A stretch of 64,000 bases of DNA from Candidatus Falkowbacteria bacterium (GTDB taxonomy: Bacteria; Patescibacteriota; Patescibacteriia; Patescibacteriales; UBA12465), in the NCBI GenBank assembly GCA_016432645.1, contig CP066698.1:197062-261061 (forward strand), given 5' to 3'. The position numbers and the translations under genes were made by a program. Every line of letters begins with the position of its first letter. Position 1 is the first letter of the stretch. Below the pieces are notes generated by a model. The model saw nothing but the letters and a program-made list of their open reading frames with translations, made no database searches and had not been told where the DNA came from. Of the stretch, positions 47,801 to 56,730 are shown piece by piece.

Positions 47801-48224
47801 AAATTGCGATTTAACGCCGGATGTTGATAAGCAAGCTAATATCATTAAAAGTAAAGGCATTTCTCTATACACAATTTATTACGACACCAGCAACACCTCT
47901 ACTCCTAAACAAAAGATGTGCAACTGGTCCAGCAATAACGGAGTTAATTGCGACAACAACACTTATGCTTTTGCCGGTTCGGATATCGACACCATGATTA
48001 AAAAAGTTTTAGGCAGAATTGTTACCAAACCGAAGGATGTTACTGTCGGCAACTCGTTAATTTTAGACCAAGATAGCGCCTCAACCACCAGTTTTGTCAG
48101 CGGCGCGCAGGTTGGAGGTTTAAGCTGCGGCGCAATTACGCCGAAAGTTACCTTTAGCAACAATGGTTATTTGGAATTTTCAAATATAAAATTAAATTAT
48201 TGCCCAGCTAAACTTCATCCTTAA
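44844..48224 (+). CDS. giant secreted surface protein: pilin-like globular module, Ig/cadherin-like repeats, vWA domain with a Cys-rich insertion
   Basis: Signal peptide. RDVKRLADLTEMQTALNAYKQKTGVYP (type IV pilin-like core). DPDGHALSYSL Ig-like repeat. MIDAS motif DLSKSMD. Insertion CYEPSEPTCYCGG...CSCVCACGG. Confidence 0.65.
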   Translation: MKNNFLKKLKQGQLKFLILAGLFFSFLLLTTAPNSQAQTTETPDSKDAIAVRIVENPNHYSSARWYQLQNFQGSPQTLQVDGYEAIRNGRTVYVNAANVVDSNNDGTPDAFYTNIFIISYTESQRADTPDIFGQLLKNFKFNTNFFELGACSQTSDKSCLTNKDCPADEYCNSQKSKVVRDVKRLADLTEMQTALNAYKQKTGVYPSQIAGTYLAGKTLSTWSSWQESFAKDLGIVLPVDPINKLGTCDGYDPNTCWDASNKTFATNISQAILPSGSHVYAYLGDSRGANAKYCAQMESGYANLQSYNCFTDKRENSQPIIKDTALFGWPKKEFNGYVSVFDADGDPLKLSIALSSPAPNVWIQEKWGGFASSTITALPSKGQMKIYVPITGNAKAPGYYKVRLTLDDQQGAANSIFSQIYDLTVQPLTSSLSKTSKTVTIGQTDMASISGTDSNGDPIQNVYFESATYNSSPISQTVFTNSGFSIAGATLQESFRSAQKTGVYVVNVSANDSVAAGGKIFSNFTYTIVNKPPVFKSLVATFINNTTKTCAPGETCYVSIDNGEAATVRITGEDPDGHALSYSLVDNFGGKLSINSTSGVISGLQNLGYQELQDQVFNIEVKISDAYCANSSPAECSSNYSFSLKVMKYCSVNLPGSTLYKELQQTVTVANSGDNLNTGLFLSDCSEIGTSSMDVKFVGEAHSQAIILVSDLSKSMDANITIAGVSQPAVTRLKSALTKTTTGFLDSVYGIASTWPSQYFIKVGLIAYNTGVVSSQPLTNLVTSGNLSSLKNIINNYTTYYQTDTLSALNAAETALAGVTDPNTEKIVILMSDGIPGIDGYTIKNPYCYEPSEPTCYCGGTAPDNCNPWPSCDYTKEYVSYSQDSCSCVCACGGTSPNCTARATCPAGQEQGGCTADDCYTPTPPPHSSFNPFQKIKRFFAKLLNIKPAQAITTQNECAYKSCEAAFPDFSCPSNQYMSCSYYWTLNCDLTPDVDKQANIIKSKGISLYTIYYDTSNTSTPKQKMCNWSSNNGVNCDNNTYAFAGSDIDTMIKKVLGRIVTKPKDVTVGNSLILDQDSASTTSFVSGAQVGGLSCGAITPKVTFSNNGYLEFSNIKLNYCPAKLHP

Positions 48225-48225
48225 T

Positions 48226-49083
48226 ATGAATAAAAATTATTGGTACTTTCTCTCTGTTATTCTCTTTCTAGCGCTGGGGCTGGCCGGATTTTTAATCTAT
48301 CAAAAATCTCTGGAAAGCCTCCCGGTAGACCCCGGAATTGATATCAAACAAGCGACTCCGGCCGAGTTGCAACAAGCGCAGGACAGACTGGAAAAAGACC
48401 AGGCGACTTTCAGTGAGGCTCAAACTAGCAATGATTTAGAATTATGTAAAACAATTACTAATTCCGATTTGCGAAAAAACTGCAATGTCCAGATTCAATT
48501 CAATAATGCTTTTGCCTCGCAAAAAATAAACGATTGTGAAAAAATAGATGATAAAATGTTCAAAACAAGCTGCGTAGAAAATTTAGCGACCAGCGGAACA
48601 AGCACTGGCTGTCAGATACTAAGCGATGACGAATTAAAAGACGCCTGCCTATCAATTACTTATTATAATCAAGCTAAGGCGGAAAATAAAACAGAAATCT
48701 GTAATCAAATACCGGAATTGATTAGGCGCGCCAACTGCTTATCAGAATTACAAAAGGTTGACTTGCATTCCGACGCCGACGAGGACGGTTTTGATTTCTT
48801 GCAGGAAATCATTAACGGTACCGACCCGAATCTTAAGGACACGGACAACGATGGCTACCAGGACGGCTATGAATTCCAAAATGGCTTTAATCCTGATGGC
48901 CGGGGACCTTTAAATACTCAACTGCCAATCAATATTGACTATTGTAAAAGCCTGACCGACAATAATTTAAAAATAACCTGTCTGCAAGAATTTGAAGGCA
49001 ACCCGCTGGACCTATTTAACTGCGAGAAGGTTAAAAACCAATCATTGCGCAGCTATTGTCTAAAAAACATGGATATAAAATAA
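48226..49083 (+). CDS. membrane-anchored Cys-rich protein with thrombospondin-type-3-like Ca-binding repeats
   Basis: N-terminal TM helix, regularly spaced Cys pairs, DADEDGFD...DTDNDGYQDGYE. Starts 2 nt after the upstream stop. Confidence 0.55.
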   Translation: MNKNYWYFLSVILFLALGLAGFLIYQKSLESLPVDPGIDIKQATPAELQQAQDRLEKDQATFSEAQTSNDLELCKTITNSDLRKNCNVQIQFNNAFASQKINDCEKIDDKMFKTSCVENLATSGTSTGCQILSDDELKDACLSITYYNQAKAENKTEICNQIPELIRRANCLSELQKVDLHSDADEDGFDFLQEIINGTDPNLKDTDNDGYQDGYEFQNGFNPDGRGPLNTQLPINIDYCKSLTDNNLKITCLQEFEGNPLDLFNCEKVKNQSLRSYCLKNMDIK

Positions 49084-49099
49084 AACCTATATAACGAAT

Positions 49100-49131
49100 A
49101 AAAAAGACCCCGGAATTTCCGGGGTCTTTTA
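49100..49131. terminator. bidirectional terminator GACCCCGG-AATTT-CCGGGGTC
   Basis: 8-bp GC stem flanked by an A-run and a T-run. Confidence 0.8.
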
Positions 49132-49149
49132 TAAATCCCGATACTAAAA

Positions 49150-49776
49150 TTAAATCGCAGCGCCGGTTCTTTGAAAGTCTCTGATTATCTTGATTACAAT
49201 CCCCCTGATTTCCACATTCTTGCGGAAAATCGGCTCAAAGGTCGGATTAGCCGGCTGCAGTCTGATTCTTCCCTTTTCCTTATAATATCTTTTTAGAGTC
49301 GCCTCGTTATCATCAATAATCGCCACGGCGGTATCGCCATTATCCGCCCAGGACTGCTTTTTAATAATCGCGAAGTCGCCATCAAAAATCCCGTCGCCAA
49401 TCATCGAATTTCCCCTTACTCTCAGAGCGTATAAATCGCCATCCTGGAAGCGTTTGTCCCGAGCAATCTCAATAGCCTCATCCGGGACTTCAATCGCCTC
49501 TATGGGCCTTCCAGCGGCTATTACGCCAACTAGAGGAACGGACATAAACTCTTGCTTAGCGTTAAGAGTTACCAGCTCCAAGCTGCGGGCTACCCCCTTA
49601 ACTTTTTTAATAATTCCCTTATCAATCAAATTCGCGATATGCTCGTGAATAGTGGAGATTGTGGAAACCCCAAACTTATCCTTAATCTCGGTTAAGGAAG
49701 GCGCATAGCCGTGCTTCTCGCTATACTCAGCGATGAAGTCGCGGATTTCCGCCTGTTTTTTTGTAAGCGTTGTCAT
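49150..49776 (-). CDS. lexA: LexA repressor (start at MTTLTKKQ; the ORF-track N-terminal 18 codons are rejected)
   Basis: wHTH N-terminus, Ala-Gly cleavage site (VIAAGRP), Ser (GNSM) and Lys (ATLKRY) of the S24 peptidase dyad. Confidence 0.9.
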   Translation of the reverse strand: MTTLTKKQAEIRDFIAEYSEKHGYAPSLTEIKDKFGVSTISTIHEHIANLIDKGIIKKVKGVARSLELVTLNAKQEFMSVPLVGVIAAGRPIEAIEVPDEAIEIARDKRFQDGDLYALRVRGNSMIGDGIFDGDFAIIKKQSWADNGDTAVAIIDDNEATLKRYYKEKGRIRLQPANPTFEPIFRKNVEIRGIVIKIIRDFQRTGAAI

Positions 49777-49837
49777 ATATTTGTTAATTATAATTATACC
49801 TACATTATACCCGAAACTAACCCGAAGCACAAGAGCA

Positions 49838-49864
49838 AAAGAAAACCCCGTAATTACGGGGCTA
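49838..49864 (-). terminator. terminator after gpsA
   Basis: CCCCG-TAATTA-CGGGG followed by a T-rich run on the minus strand. Confidence 0.7.
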
Positions 49865-49876
49865 TTTTGAAGGTGG

Positions 49877-50884
49877 CTAAGGCTTGGAGCGATGCGATAT
49901 TTCGGTTTTAAACTGGGCTAAATTAAGTTCCCCAGAAAACAGGCGATGAATCAAATGTAAAATATGGTAATCCTCAATTTTGGTAATAAGCGGTAAAGCG
50001 GTAATTGTTTTTAAGCCTTCAATTGTCTTTTTTTCTGCTTTCATTTTCTGCTCGGCCTCCTCAATGCTTAATCCCTGCCCGACTAAAATGCCGAACTCTT
50101 TATTCCGAGTTTTTCCGGTACAACTCACCCAGAGATCATTGCCCCAGCATTGGCTGCCTAAAGAAAAAGTTTTAGCCTGAGCGCCAAACTGTTTGGTGGC
50201 AATCGCTTCAACTTCAGCGGCAGCGCGAGAAATAATCCGCGTCTCCACGCTATAGGGCAAACCGAGGCCATTAGTGATGCCGGCTAAGATAGATAATACA
50301 TTTTTAAAGGCGGCAGCGCATTCCACGCCCGCCACGTCATCGGTCGGATAAACAAACAGATGCTCCGAGGCAAAAATGGATGCGAGTTCCGGCCACAAAT
50401 CAGTTTCCCGGCAAGCCAAACTCGCTCCTAAGGGGCCGTGGTTAAGTAAGTCGCTGGCAATCATCCCACCGGAGAGCATAGCATAAGTATAATCTTTACC
50501 GGTTAATTTTTCCGCGACAATTTCGGAAATACGCAAACCGGTTTGGCTATGGAAAGCTTTGGAAGTATTAACAATCGTTAAGGGCTTTTGAATAAAGGGA
50601 GCGATTTCCTCTAAAACCGCGCCGACCGAATCGGAAGTGACAGATAAAATCAAAACATCACAGTCCGCTAGCAGCGCTTGCGAATTAGGCGCGATTAAAA
50701 CGCGGCGGCTAATTTCCACCGGCTTAAATAAAGATAAATGTTGGCGCTGGCTATCTAAATGAGTATTTAAAAGCGGATTACGGTCGTAAGCATTTAGAGA
50801 AAAATCGCTTGCTTCTTTACGGTCCAAATGCTTCAAAATGGCATAGCCGAAATTGCCGATGCCATAGATAGAAACTTTTTTCAT
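49877..50884 (-). CDS. gpsA: NAD(P)H-dependent glycerol-3-phosphate dehydrogenase family protein
   Basis: N-terminal Rossmann fold (IYGIGNFG) and DVAGVECAAAFKNVLSILAGITNGLGL, similar to the GpsA signature. Confidence 0.75.
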   Translation of the reverse strand: MKKVSIYGIGNFGYAILKHLDRKEASDFSLNAYDRNPLLNTHLDSQRQHLSLFKPVEISRRVLIAPNSQALLADCDVLILSVTSDSVGAVLEEIAPFIQKPLTIVNTSKAFHSQTGLRISEIVAEKLTGKDYTYAMLSGGMIASDLLNHGPLGASLACRETDLWPELASIFASEHLFVYPTDDVAGVECAAAFKNVLSILAGITNGLGLPYSVETRIISRAAAEVEAIATKQFGAQAKTFSLGSQCWGNDLWVSCTGKTRNKEFGILVGQGLSIEEAEQKMKAEKKTIEGLKTITALPLITKIEDYHILHLIHRLFSGELNLAQFKTEISHRSKP

Positions 50885-50968
50885 ATCTTTTTATTTTAGA
50901 TAAAAAATATGGAAAAAGCAATTTCCGAGAACTCCCGCAAGGGGGTCCGTTTTTGTATATATATGAAA

Positions 50969-51799
50969 TTAATATTTCTGCTCTAGTTTTTCGATATTTG
51001 AATTGCCAATTAATGATTTCATTTGCGAAATTGCACTTTGGTTTAATTTTAAAAGTCTGTCTGGCTGCGTTAGGCCATCCTTTATATATTCGGCATTGAT
51101 ACTTTCAAGATTAGCCAGAACAATCAATTGACAAACATTGGAATAATCACGAATATTACCTTCTAATTTAGGGTTTTTATCCCGCCATTCTTTAGCGGTT
51201 AAATTAAATAAGGCTTTATTTAAAACATCAGCTTCGCTCGCATAAGCGATATTTGTCTCAGAATTTGATAATTCAAACGGTAAAATAAGATTATTCTGAA
51301 TTGCATCAGTATGAATCTTATAATTAATTTTAGTTAACATCCGCTTTACGTCCCAGTCGAAAGCAAGCCTCTGATTTTCTTCTGCTTTTAGTCTTTGAAA
51401 CTCTTTTATAAGATATAATTTAAACTCCGGAGAAAGCCAGGTCGCAAATTCAAAAGCAATATCTTTATGGGCGAAAGTGCCGCCATATCTACCTGTTGCA
51501 GATTTAATACCAATTGCGCGAGTTTTTTTAATCCACGCCGAAGACGAAAGTATAAAGCCGTTAGTTCCAGCTTCATTTTTAATGTTATGGAATTCCATAA
51601 CATTAAAATTAGCATTATATACTTGTTCCCAGGCGCCAATAAATTGAATTGTATACTTAGTAGTGAGCCAATTAGCAATAACTATCCCCGTAGACTCAGT
51701 ATTTTTAAACTTGGCCATATCCGTTAAAGAAATATAATCATCTCCTTCCCGTGATGTGTTTACAGCTATTGCTTTGTGGTGGATAAGAATTTTTTTCAT
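50969..51799 (-). CDS. KilA-N domain-containing DNA-binding protein
   Basis: N-terminal DYISLTDMAKF...ANWL...YGGTFAHKDIAFEFATWLSPEFKLYL is a typical KilA-N. Confidence 0.75.
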   Translation of the reverse strand: MKKILIHHKAIAVNTSREGDDYISLTDMAKFKNTESTGIVIANWLTTKYTIQFIGAWEQVYNANFNVMEFHNIKNEAGTNGFILSSSAWIKKTRAIGIKSATGRYGGTFAHKDIAFEFATWLSPEFKLYLIKEFQRLKAEENQRLAFDWDVKRMLTKINYKIHTDAIQNNLILPFELSNSETNIAYASEADVLNKALFNLTAKEWRDKNPKLEGNIRDYSNVCQLIVLANLESINAEYIKDGLTQPDRLLKLNQSAISQMKSLIGNSNIEKLEQKY

Positions 51800-51932
51800 A
51801 AATTTGTATTATTAAAATCGATCTGGTCTAATACTCAAATATTAACAAAACAAAGATAAACCCGGGCTAAGCTAAAAATAAAAAAACCCTCAATTTCTTG
51901 AAGGCTTTTTCCAAAGAACGAAGTCTAAAATT

Positions 51933-52415
51933 TTATCTCCCTGATAGGAAAGCGTTTTTAAGGCTGTTTAAGCGCGAATTGCTATGTTCCCAGAGGGTGG
52001 CGGAAATCATTAAAATTAAGCCGCAGATAAGCGCCGGCACGGAGCAGGCAAAATTAAAGATGCCTGGAAATAAGTGGCCGACATGGAAACTGATAGTTAA
52101 GAGCCAGCTCCCTAACCAGACAACGAAAACGACAACCAGCAAAAGACCGGTATAAAACAGGAAATAGGCGGCAGACATAGAATGTTTCCGATGTAAAAAT
52201 AGAAATTTCATGATGATTATCAAATAATAAGTTCCGACAAGCATCATAAAGCCGGTACTCATTCGCGGATTGCTCTCATAGAACATATCCACAAACACAA
52301 AGGATATTAGGGCCAAAAAGCTGTTCATCAAGAACGCCGACAAACTGAAAGGTTGTTTTGCCATGACTATATATTTTTTAGTTGTTAAAGAAAGAAAATT
52401 AAATATAATTATCAT
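51933..52415 (-). CDS. small polytopic membrane protein (about 4 TM helices), unknown function
   Basis: Hydrophobic helices. Probable real start at MAKQPF (52364). Confidence 0.5.
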   Translation of the reverse strand: MIIIFNFLSLTTKKYIVMAKQPFSLSAFLMNSFLALISFVFVDMFYESNPRMSTGFMMLVGTYYLIIIMKFLFLHRKHSMSAAYFLFYTGLLLVVVFVVWLGSWLLTISFHVGHLFPGIFNFACSVPALICGLILMISATLWEHSNSRLNSLKNAFLSGR

Positions 52416-52515
52416 CTAATCTAGCACTAAATAAGGGTGGGGTCAATCGGAGTAAGAATTTATATATTTATTTTAATAGTTAGAGGTTCTGTCACAATAA
52501 AGGCTCCAGACATAA

Positions 52516-52550
52516 CAAAAGCCCCTCTCCGAAGAGAGGGGCTTGTTGTT
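52516..52550 (-). terminator. strong terminator of the S-layer-like gene
   Basis: 10-bp stem AGCCCCTCTC-CGAA-GAGAGGGGCT with a T-run on the minus strand. Confidence 0.85.
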
Positions 52551-52618
52551 TCTAGTTATCCTACTAGAGGAGGCCAATTAATTAAAGAAAATTGGGAAGA
52601 CTTAACCAGTTGTAACTA

Positions 52619-55600
52619 TTAGTTACTAATGGTGGTACCAGAAAGAGTGGTTGTGCCTAATCTCAAAGGAGATTTAGCAGTAGCAGATGAAGAGTCTTTC
52701 CAAGTAATGTTAGCCATGTTAGCAACTGGGGAGCCAGTAACGGCAACCGTGCTGTCCATGTTATCTAAGCTTACATTAATAGAAACTGCCCCAGCATCGG
52801 TTACAGTGAAGGTAGGAGTTACCTTAACTAAGAAGTAAGCAGTTGTGCCTGGCATTACTTCAAAGTCAGCACCTGTGATACCGGTAGTGAAGCTGCTATA
52901 ACCAACACCCGTGGTTTGCAAATCCGCAATAGCTGACCCAGCCTTAGCGCCAGCAGTACCACCTATTCTTTCAATAGTGGAAGCAGTAGAACTTGCGTTA
53001 CCAGTAACCTTGACCTTAAATCCGTTGATATATGTCTTGACGGCATCACCATTAGATTCTGTGTTAGAGGAAGCATCAGCAGTTACGGCAATAATAGCAG
53101 TATTAGCAGCTTGACCGCTGTAAATCTTAGTAGAAACAGCGTTGCCAGAGTAACTAGAAACTAAAGCAACAGAAGACATTCTTGAAGCAAGAATACCTAG
53201 AGACTTAGAAGCTCCAGTTACAGTTCCAGAAGCAGTAATAGTACCATCATTATTGTTGTCATATCCTAACTCACCAGACTCTAAATTGGTGTCAGCGTCA
53301 GAGGCAACTAAAGAATCGCCAGAATCAAATCCTTGAGCTTCAATACCGTTGATAGTAAAGGTAATGTCCTTATCAAGAGCACCTGTTGCATCCTTACCAA
53401 TCTTAGATAAAGTTGCTTTCAAGTAATAACTCTTGGAAGACATTGGAACTACTAATTTATCGCCAGAGATATCAATAGTAGAATCTGTAGCAATCACGTT
53501 GGTTGAGCCTACTAAAGTAGAACCGTCATATAAAGCTAATTCGGAAACAATGCCATTGATATTTTCGCTAGCAATAACGTGTAGCTTGGTAACCTTTACA
53601 GTTTCGTTTTCCGCTCTCAATTTAAGAGCAGCAACACTACCGGTGGTGGTGTTAGCAACTTGATAAATATCCTTGCTAACAGCAGTGTCATTGGTGTCCA
53701 TAGAAATGTATAAAGCACCAGTGCCAGCTAAAGTGATGGTTCGAGCAGAAGTGGCAACAGAGCCAGATTCTGAAACATCTTTACCATCAACGTCTTCAAC
53801 GGTTGCACCGTTGATACCCATTTGCAGGGTTTTAGTTGAAGAATCGGTATTCTTTACAAATGATACAGTTACTTTATAGGTAACGGTAGTATTTGCGGCA
53901 ATCTCTTCATTTAAATCAGTGAAAGTTAAATCACTTCCGCTAATTTGAGAAGAAGACATGCTCTTTACTAAAGTAGTGCCCTTCCAAAGTTTAAGTCCGG
54001 AGATAGTTTGGGTTGAGAAACCTAAATTACCAGCGATCTTACTGACAGTTAAATCTCTAACATAGGCGTTAGAATTTGAAGCAGCCTTAACGTTGAAATT
54101 CAAAACTTCAACATCAGGAGTGCCGATAACTGCAGTGAAGGCAGATGATAAGGCATTCAAAGAGAAAGTAGCGCCAACTCCTTCAATAGTAACTTTCTTA
54201 AGTTCTACAGTATTAGGAGTGATGTCTGTGATAGCTGTATCATTGCCAGTTTCCTTAATGATCAAATCAGTTGAAGCATCAGCAATTTTTACAGTGTAAT
54301 CCTTGTCAGCGGATGCAGTTAATGTATCAAATCTGACAACTAATTCGTTAGTAACGCCGCTTGTCAACATTAGTCCCATGCTAGTATTGCTATAAACTTT
54401 AGTAGCAGTACCAGAAACGTAGGCTAAGTCATAAACAGTGTTATTTGTCTTGTTATATACTTCTACATTTTCAATCTTAGTAAAAGCAGCGGCTGTACCC
54501 TGGTTATCATTAGTTGTAGTGATGCTTAATTTCAAAGTTGATAATTCAGCATTCTTACCACTATTTACAGTAACCTTGAAAGTACCAGCTTCTTGGTTGT
54601 CAACATCTACTCTTAATTTATCATTGGCAGCGTTAACCTTTTCTACGCTGATAGTACCAGCTTTGATGGTTGCTAATAAAGCAGCACCAGTTGCTGTACC
54701 AGATACTGTTGTCTGATAACCATAATAGTCACCAGTTGCAGTAATATCAGAAGCGGATTCAAGATAAAGACCAATGGTCTTTGCAGCGCCATCAACTACA
54801 TCAGCAGTAACAGTTAATCTCTTATTAGCTGTATTTTTGTTGATTGTAATTGGGGTAGCTAAATTGAAGGTAACATAGCGGCTAGAAATTGAAGCGGCTG
54901 CTGCAACTTCCTTACCATCAAAGTTTAACTTCAAATTTTCAACAACGCTGTCAGAAGCAGTGCTTAAAGAGTCTTTCTTTAAAGTAACAGCTTTTACAAC
55001 AATGTTTTCAACGTTAGCATTATTAGATAATTTGAATTTGGCAATGGTAGCCCCCTTATCACCAAGTTTAACCTCGGATAAAGCAGAACCGTCTTTGTCA
55101 AAAACTAAATCACCAACAGTAACGGTAACTCCGGAAAAGATATTACCAGCAACTGGGAATGAACCGGAAACAGTGTTTCCAGCCATAACATCAGTAGCCT
55201 TAGCAATGCTTAAACCATGTTTACCAGTATCGCCAACAGTAGCTCTTACTTCAAAAGTAGCAGTTGTCCCAGCTGGGATAGTAACGGCGTTTGTGAAGTT
55301 AATTTGAGCTTCCTTATTAGAGTCAATATTACGTGCAGTGCTGTTTAATTTAACGTTGTTCTTATAAACAGAGATAGCGGTAATTTGAGATGGGGTGCCT
55401 AATCCAATAGCAGTTAATTTAACGCCAGAAACGATAGCATCGCCATCATTAGCGGCTGTTACATTAAACTTTAAAAGAGGATTAGAAGTACCAGTTGGGA
55501 TGTCATTAGAAGCTGGGGTGTTTGAGCTTAAAGAAACCATAACACCAGAACCAACTACAACATTACCAACGCTACCACCTTGTGCATCATTAGTTAAACC

Positions 55601-56260
55601 AGCTTCAGCAGCAGTGATGGCGGAACCGCCAGCAGTGATGGTGTTGCTGATAGTAATGATGTTGCCCATCGCGAAGCGATTAGCAGCTAAAGCAGATTCG
55701 GAAGCGATAGAACGATAGTTAGTACCGTCGTAGTAATATACGGCAGCGCTAGAAGCGTTCTTTACTAAAGAACCGGCAGGGACTGCACCATCAGCTAAAG
55801 CAGCGCCGATAGTGTAGTTAGTGAAGAAAGAGTCAGCGACATCGACAACTCTCTTGCTCCAGTTGGTGCCGTATAAAGCAGCAGCTTGAGCTTCACTTTG
55901 AATCTTTCTTAAAACGCCATTTGGTTCAACAGCGTATACAGAAGGATCAGTTGTAATCTTCACGAGCTTAGTACCCGGTCTCATAGTTACATTGCCGCCT
56001 AATGGGTAGCTTTGTAATTCAGATGCTGGGATAGTGACAACGCCACTGAAATCAGCATGCCAAGACATGTAGGTAGCTTCATTCGGGAAGACATATCTCT
56101 TGCCGTCGGAACCAAGGTAGTAGACAGAGGATAAACCATCCATCTTAATCAAGTCACCTGCAGAAGCAGCAGCTGAAGCCGGAGCTACAACTAAACCGCT
56201 CATAGCGATAACTGATAATACCATTACGCCGACAACTAAGAATTTGCGTAATTTATTCAT
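52619..56260 (-). CDS. 1213-aa secreted, T/S/A/V/N/G-rich, Cys-free surface-layer-like protein
   Basis: Signal peptide (VAPASA|AAS). Two N-terminal VYY(L/Y).DG.(K/N)YR..(P/A).. modules, then ~1000 aa of repetitive beta-rich sequence. Very strong terminator. Confidence 0.7.
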   Translation of the reverse strand: MNKLRKFLVVGVMVLSVIAMSGLVVAPASAAASAGDLIKMDGLSSVYYLGSDGKRYVFPNEATYMSWHADFSGVVTIPASELQSYPLGGNVTMRPGTKLVKITTDPSVYAVEPNGVLRKIQSEAQAAALYGTNWSKRVVDVADSFFTNYTIGAALADGAVPAGSLVKNASSAAVYYYDGTNYRSIASESALAANRFAMGNIITISNTITAGGSAITAAEAGLTNDAQGGSVGNVVVGSGVMVSLSSNTPASNDIPTGTSNPLLKFNVTAANDGDAIVSGVKLTAIGLGTPSQITAISVYKNNVKLNSTARNIDSNKEAQINFTNAVTIPAGTTATFEVRATVGDTGKHGLSIAKATDVMAGNTVSGSFPVAGNIFSGVTVTVGDLVFDKDGSALSEVKLGDKGATIAKFKLSNNANVENIVVKAVTLKKDSLSTASDSVVENLKLNFDGKEVAAAASISSRYVTFNLATPITINKNTANKRLTVTADVVDGAAKTIGLYLESASDITATGDYYGYQTTVSGTATGAALLATIKAGTISVEKVNAANDKLRVDVDNQEAGTFKVTVNSGKNAELSTLKLSITTTNDNQGTAAAFTKIENVEVYNKTNNTVYDLAYVSGTATKVYSNTSMGLMLTSGVTNELVVRFDTLTASADKDYTVKIADASTDLIIKETGNDTAITDITPNTVELKKVTIEGVGATFSLNALSSAFTAVIGTPDVEVLNFNVKAASNSNAYVRDLTVSKIAGNLGFSTQTISGLKLWKGTTLVKSMSSSQISGSDLTFTDLNEEIAANTTVTYKVTVSFVKNTDSSTKTLQMGINGATVEDVDGKDVSESGSVATSARTITLAGTGALYISMDTNDTAVSKDIYQVANTTTGSVAALKLRAENETVKVTKLHVIASENINGIVSELALYDGSTLVGSTNVIATDSTIDISGDKLVVPMSSKSYYLKATLSKIGKDATGALDKDITFTINGIEAQGFDSGDSLVASDADTNLESGELGYDNNNDGTITASGTVTGASKSLGILASRMSSVALVSSYSGNAVSTKIYSGQAANTAIIAVTADASSNTESNGDAVKTYINGFKVKVTGNASSTASTIERIGGTAGAKAGSAIADLQTTGVGYSSFTTGITGADFEVMPGTTAYFLVKVTPTFTVTDAGAVSINVSLDNMDSTVAVTGSPVANMANITWKDSSSATAKSPLRLGTTTLSGTTISN

Positions 56261-56289
56261 AAATAATAGTTAATTACTTTTGAGTGTCT

Positions 56290-56730
56290 AAACAATAGTA
56301 GTTTAAACGATTCAAAAATAATGATTGTCCAATTTTGGCTTACTCTCTTTTCTTCCCCGCTCTATTTTTAATAAATCAGTCGGAATCCCGCTCCGCCAAC
56401 CCGTTAAAGCTTAAGGCGAAGGCCAGCCGATCTCTATAAATAAAGTTCTGCCAGCCGAGCGCGTGTTGCCACAGGCTGGAGAAAAGCTTAACCGATTTAC
56501 CAATCATTGATTGGAGATTCAAAGGTTTGAGCTAAATTGGATATAAGTAAATTTGTAAGGGACAAACCACTCCTTTTAGGAGTTCGACCTTGACTTGGTT
56601 CGCCAGTCCGTTTTAACGCGGACTTATTAATTTATCTCACCGGGATGTCCGTGATAGGATGATATCTCTTCCGGTCAGGATCAGCCGTACAGGGAGATAA
56701 ACTAATAAGCACGCGCTAGTGCTTTTTTAT
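56290..56730. other. ORF-free, GC-elevated, hairpin-dense region (long 5' UTR of the S-layer-like gene or an independent ncRNA)
   Basis: No ORF of 60 aa or more in any frame. Hairpins at 56569-56583, 56605-56624, 56632-56700 and 56708-56723 (followed by a T-run). Duplicated GCCAGCCGA. Confidence 0.5.

Noticed and set aside
49777-49876. A LexA (SOS) operator upstream of lexA, and a GAACC-N8-GGTT element just upstream of uvrB (~44690-44710)
   Set aside because: There is no Cheo-box (GAAC-N4-GTTC) or CTGT-N8-ACAG motif. The lexA promoter shows only AT-rich repeats (GGTATAAT x2, ATAATTAT), which are not distinguishable from -10-like sequence. The uvrB element is a 4/5-bp repeat that could occur by chance.
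52629-55718. About ten + strand ORFs of 60-115 aa antisense to the S-layer-like gene
   Set aside because: They lie fully inside a long, well-supported minus-strand CDS. Their low-complexity A/V/T/S/L translations follow from the stop-poor complement of a T/S/A/V-rich gene.
56290-56730. Possible RNase P RNA, tmRNA, SRP RNA, T-box or c-di-GMP riboswitch identity for the structured region
   Set aside because: I checked by eye for GAGGAAAGUCC / ACAGAAnnCGGCUUA plus GGGUGAAA (RNase P). I also checked for a GGUUCGAnUCC T-arm with a G3:U70 acceptor (tmRNA), GGUCCGGAAGGAAGCAGCC (SRP), the 14-nt T-box sequence and GEMM motifs. Only short partial resemblances were found, so no class is assigned.
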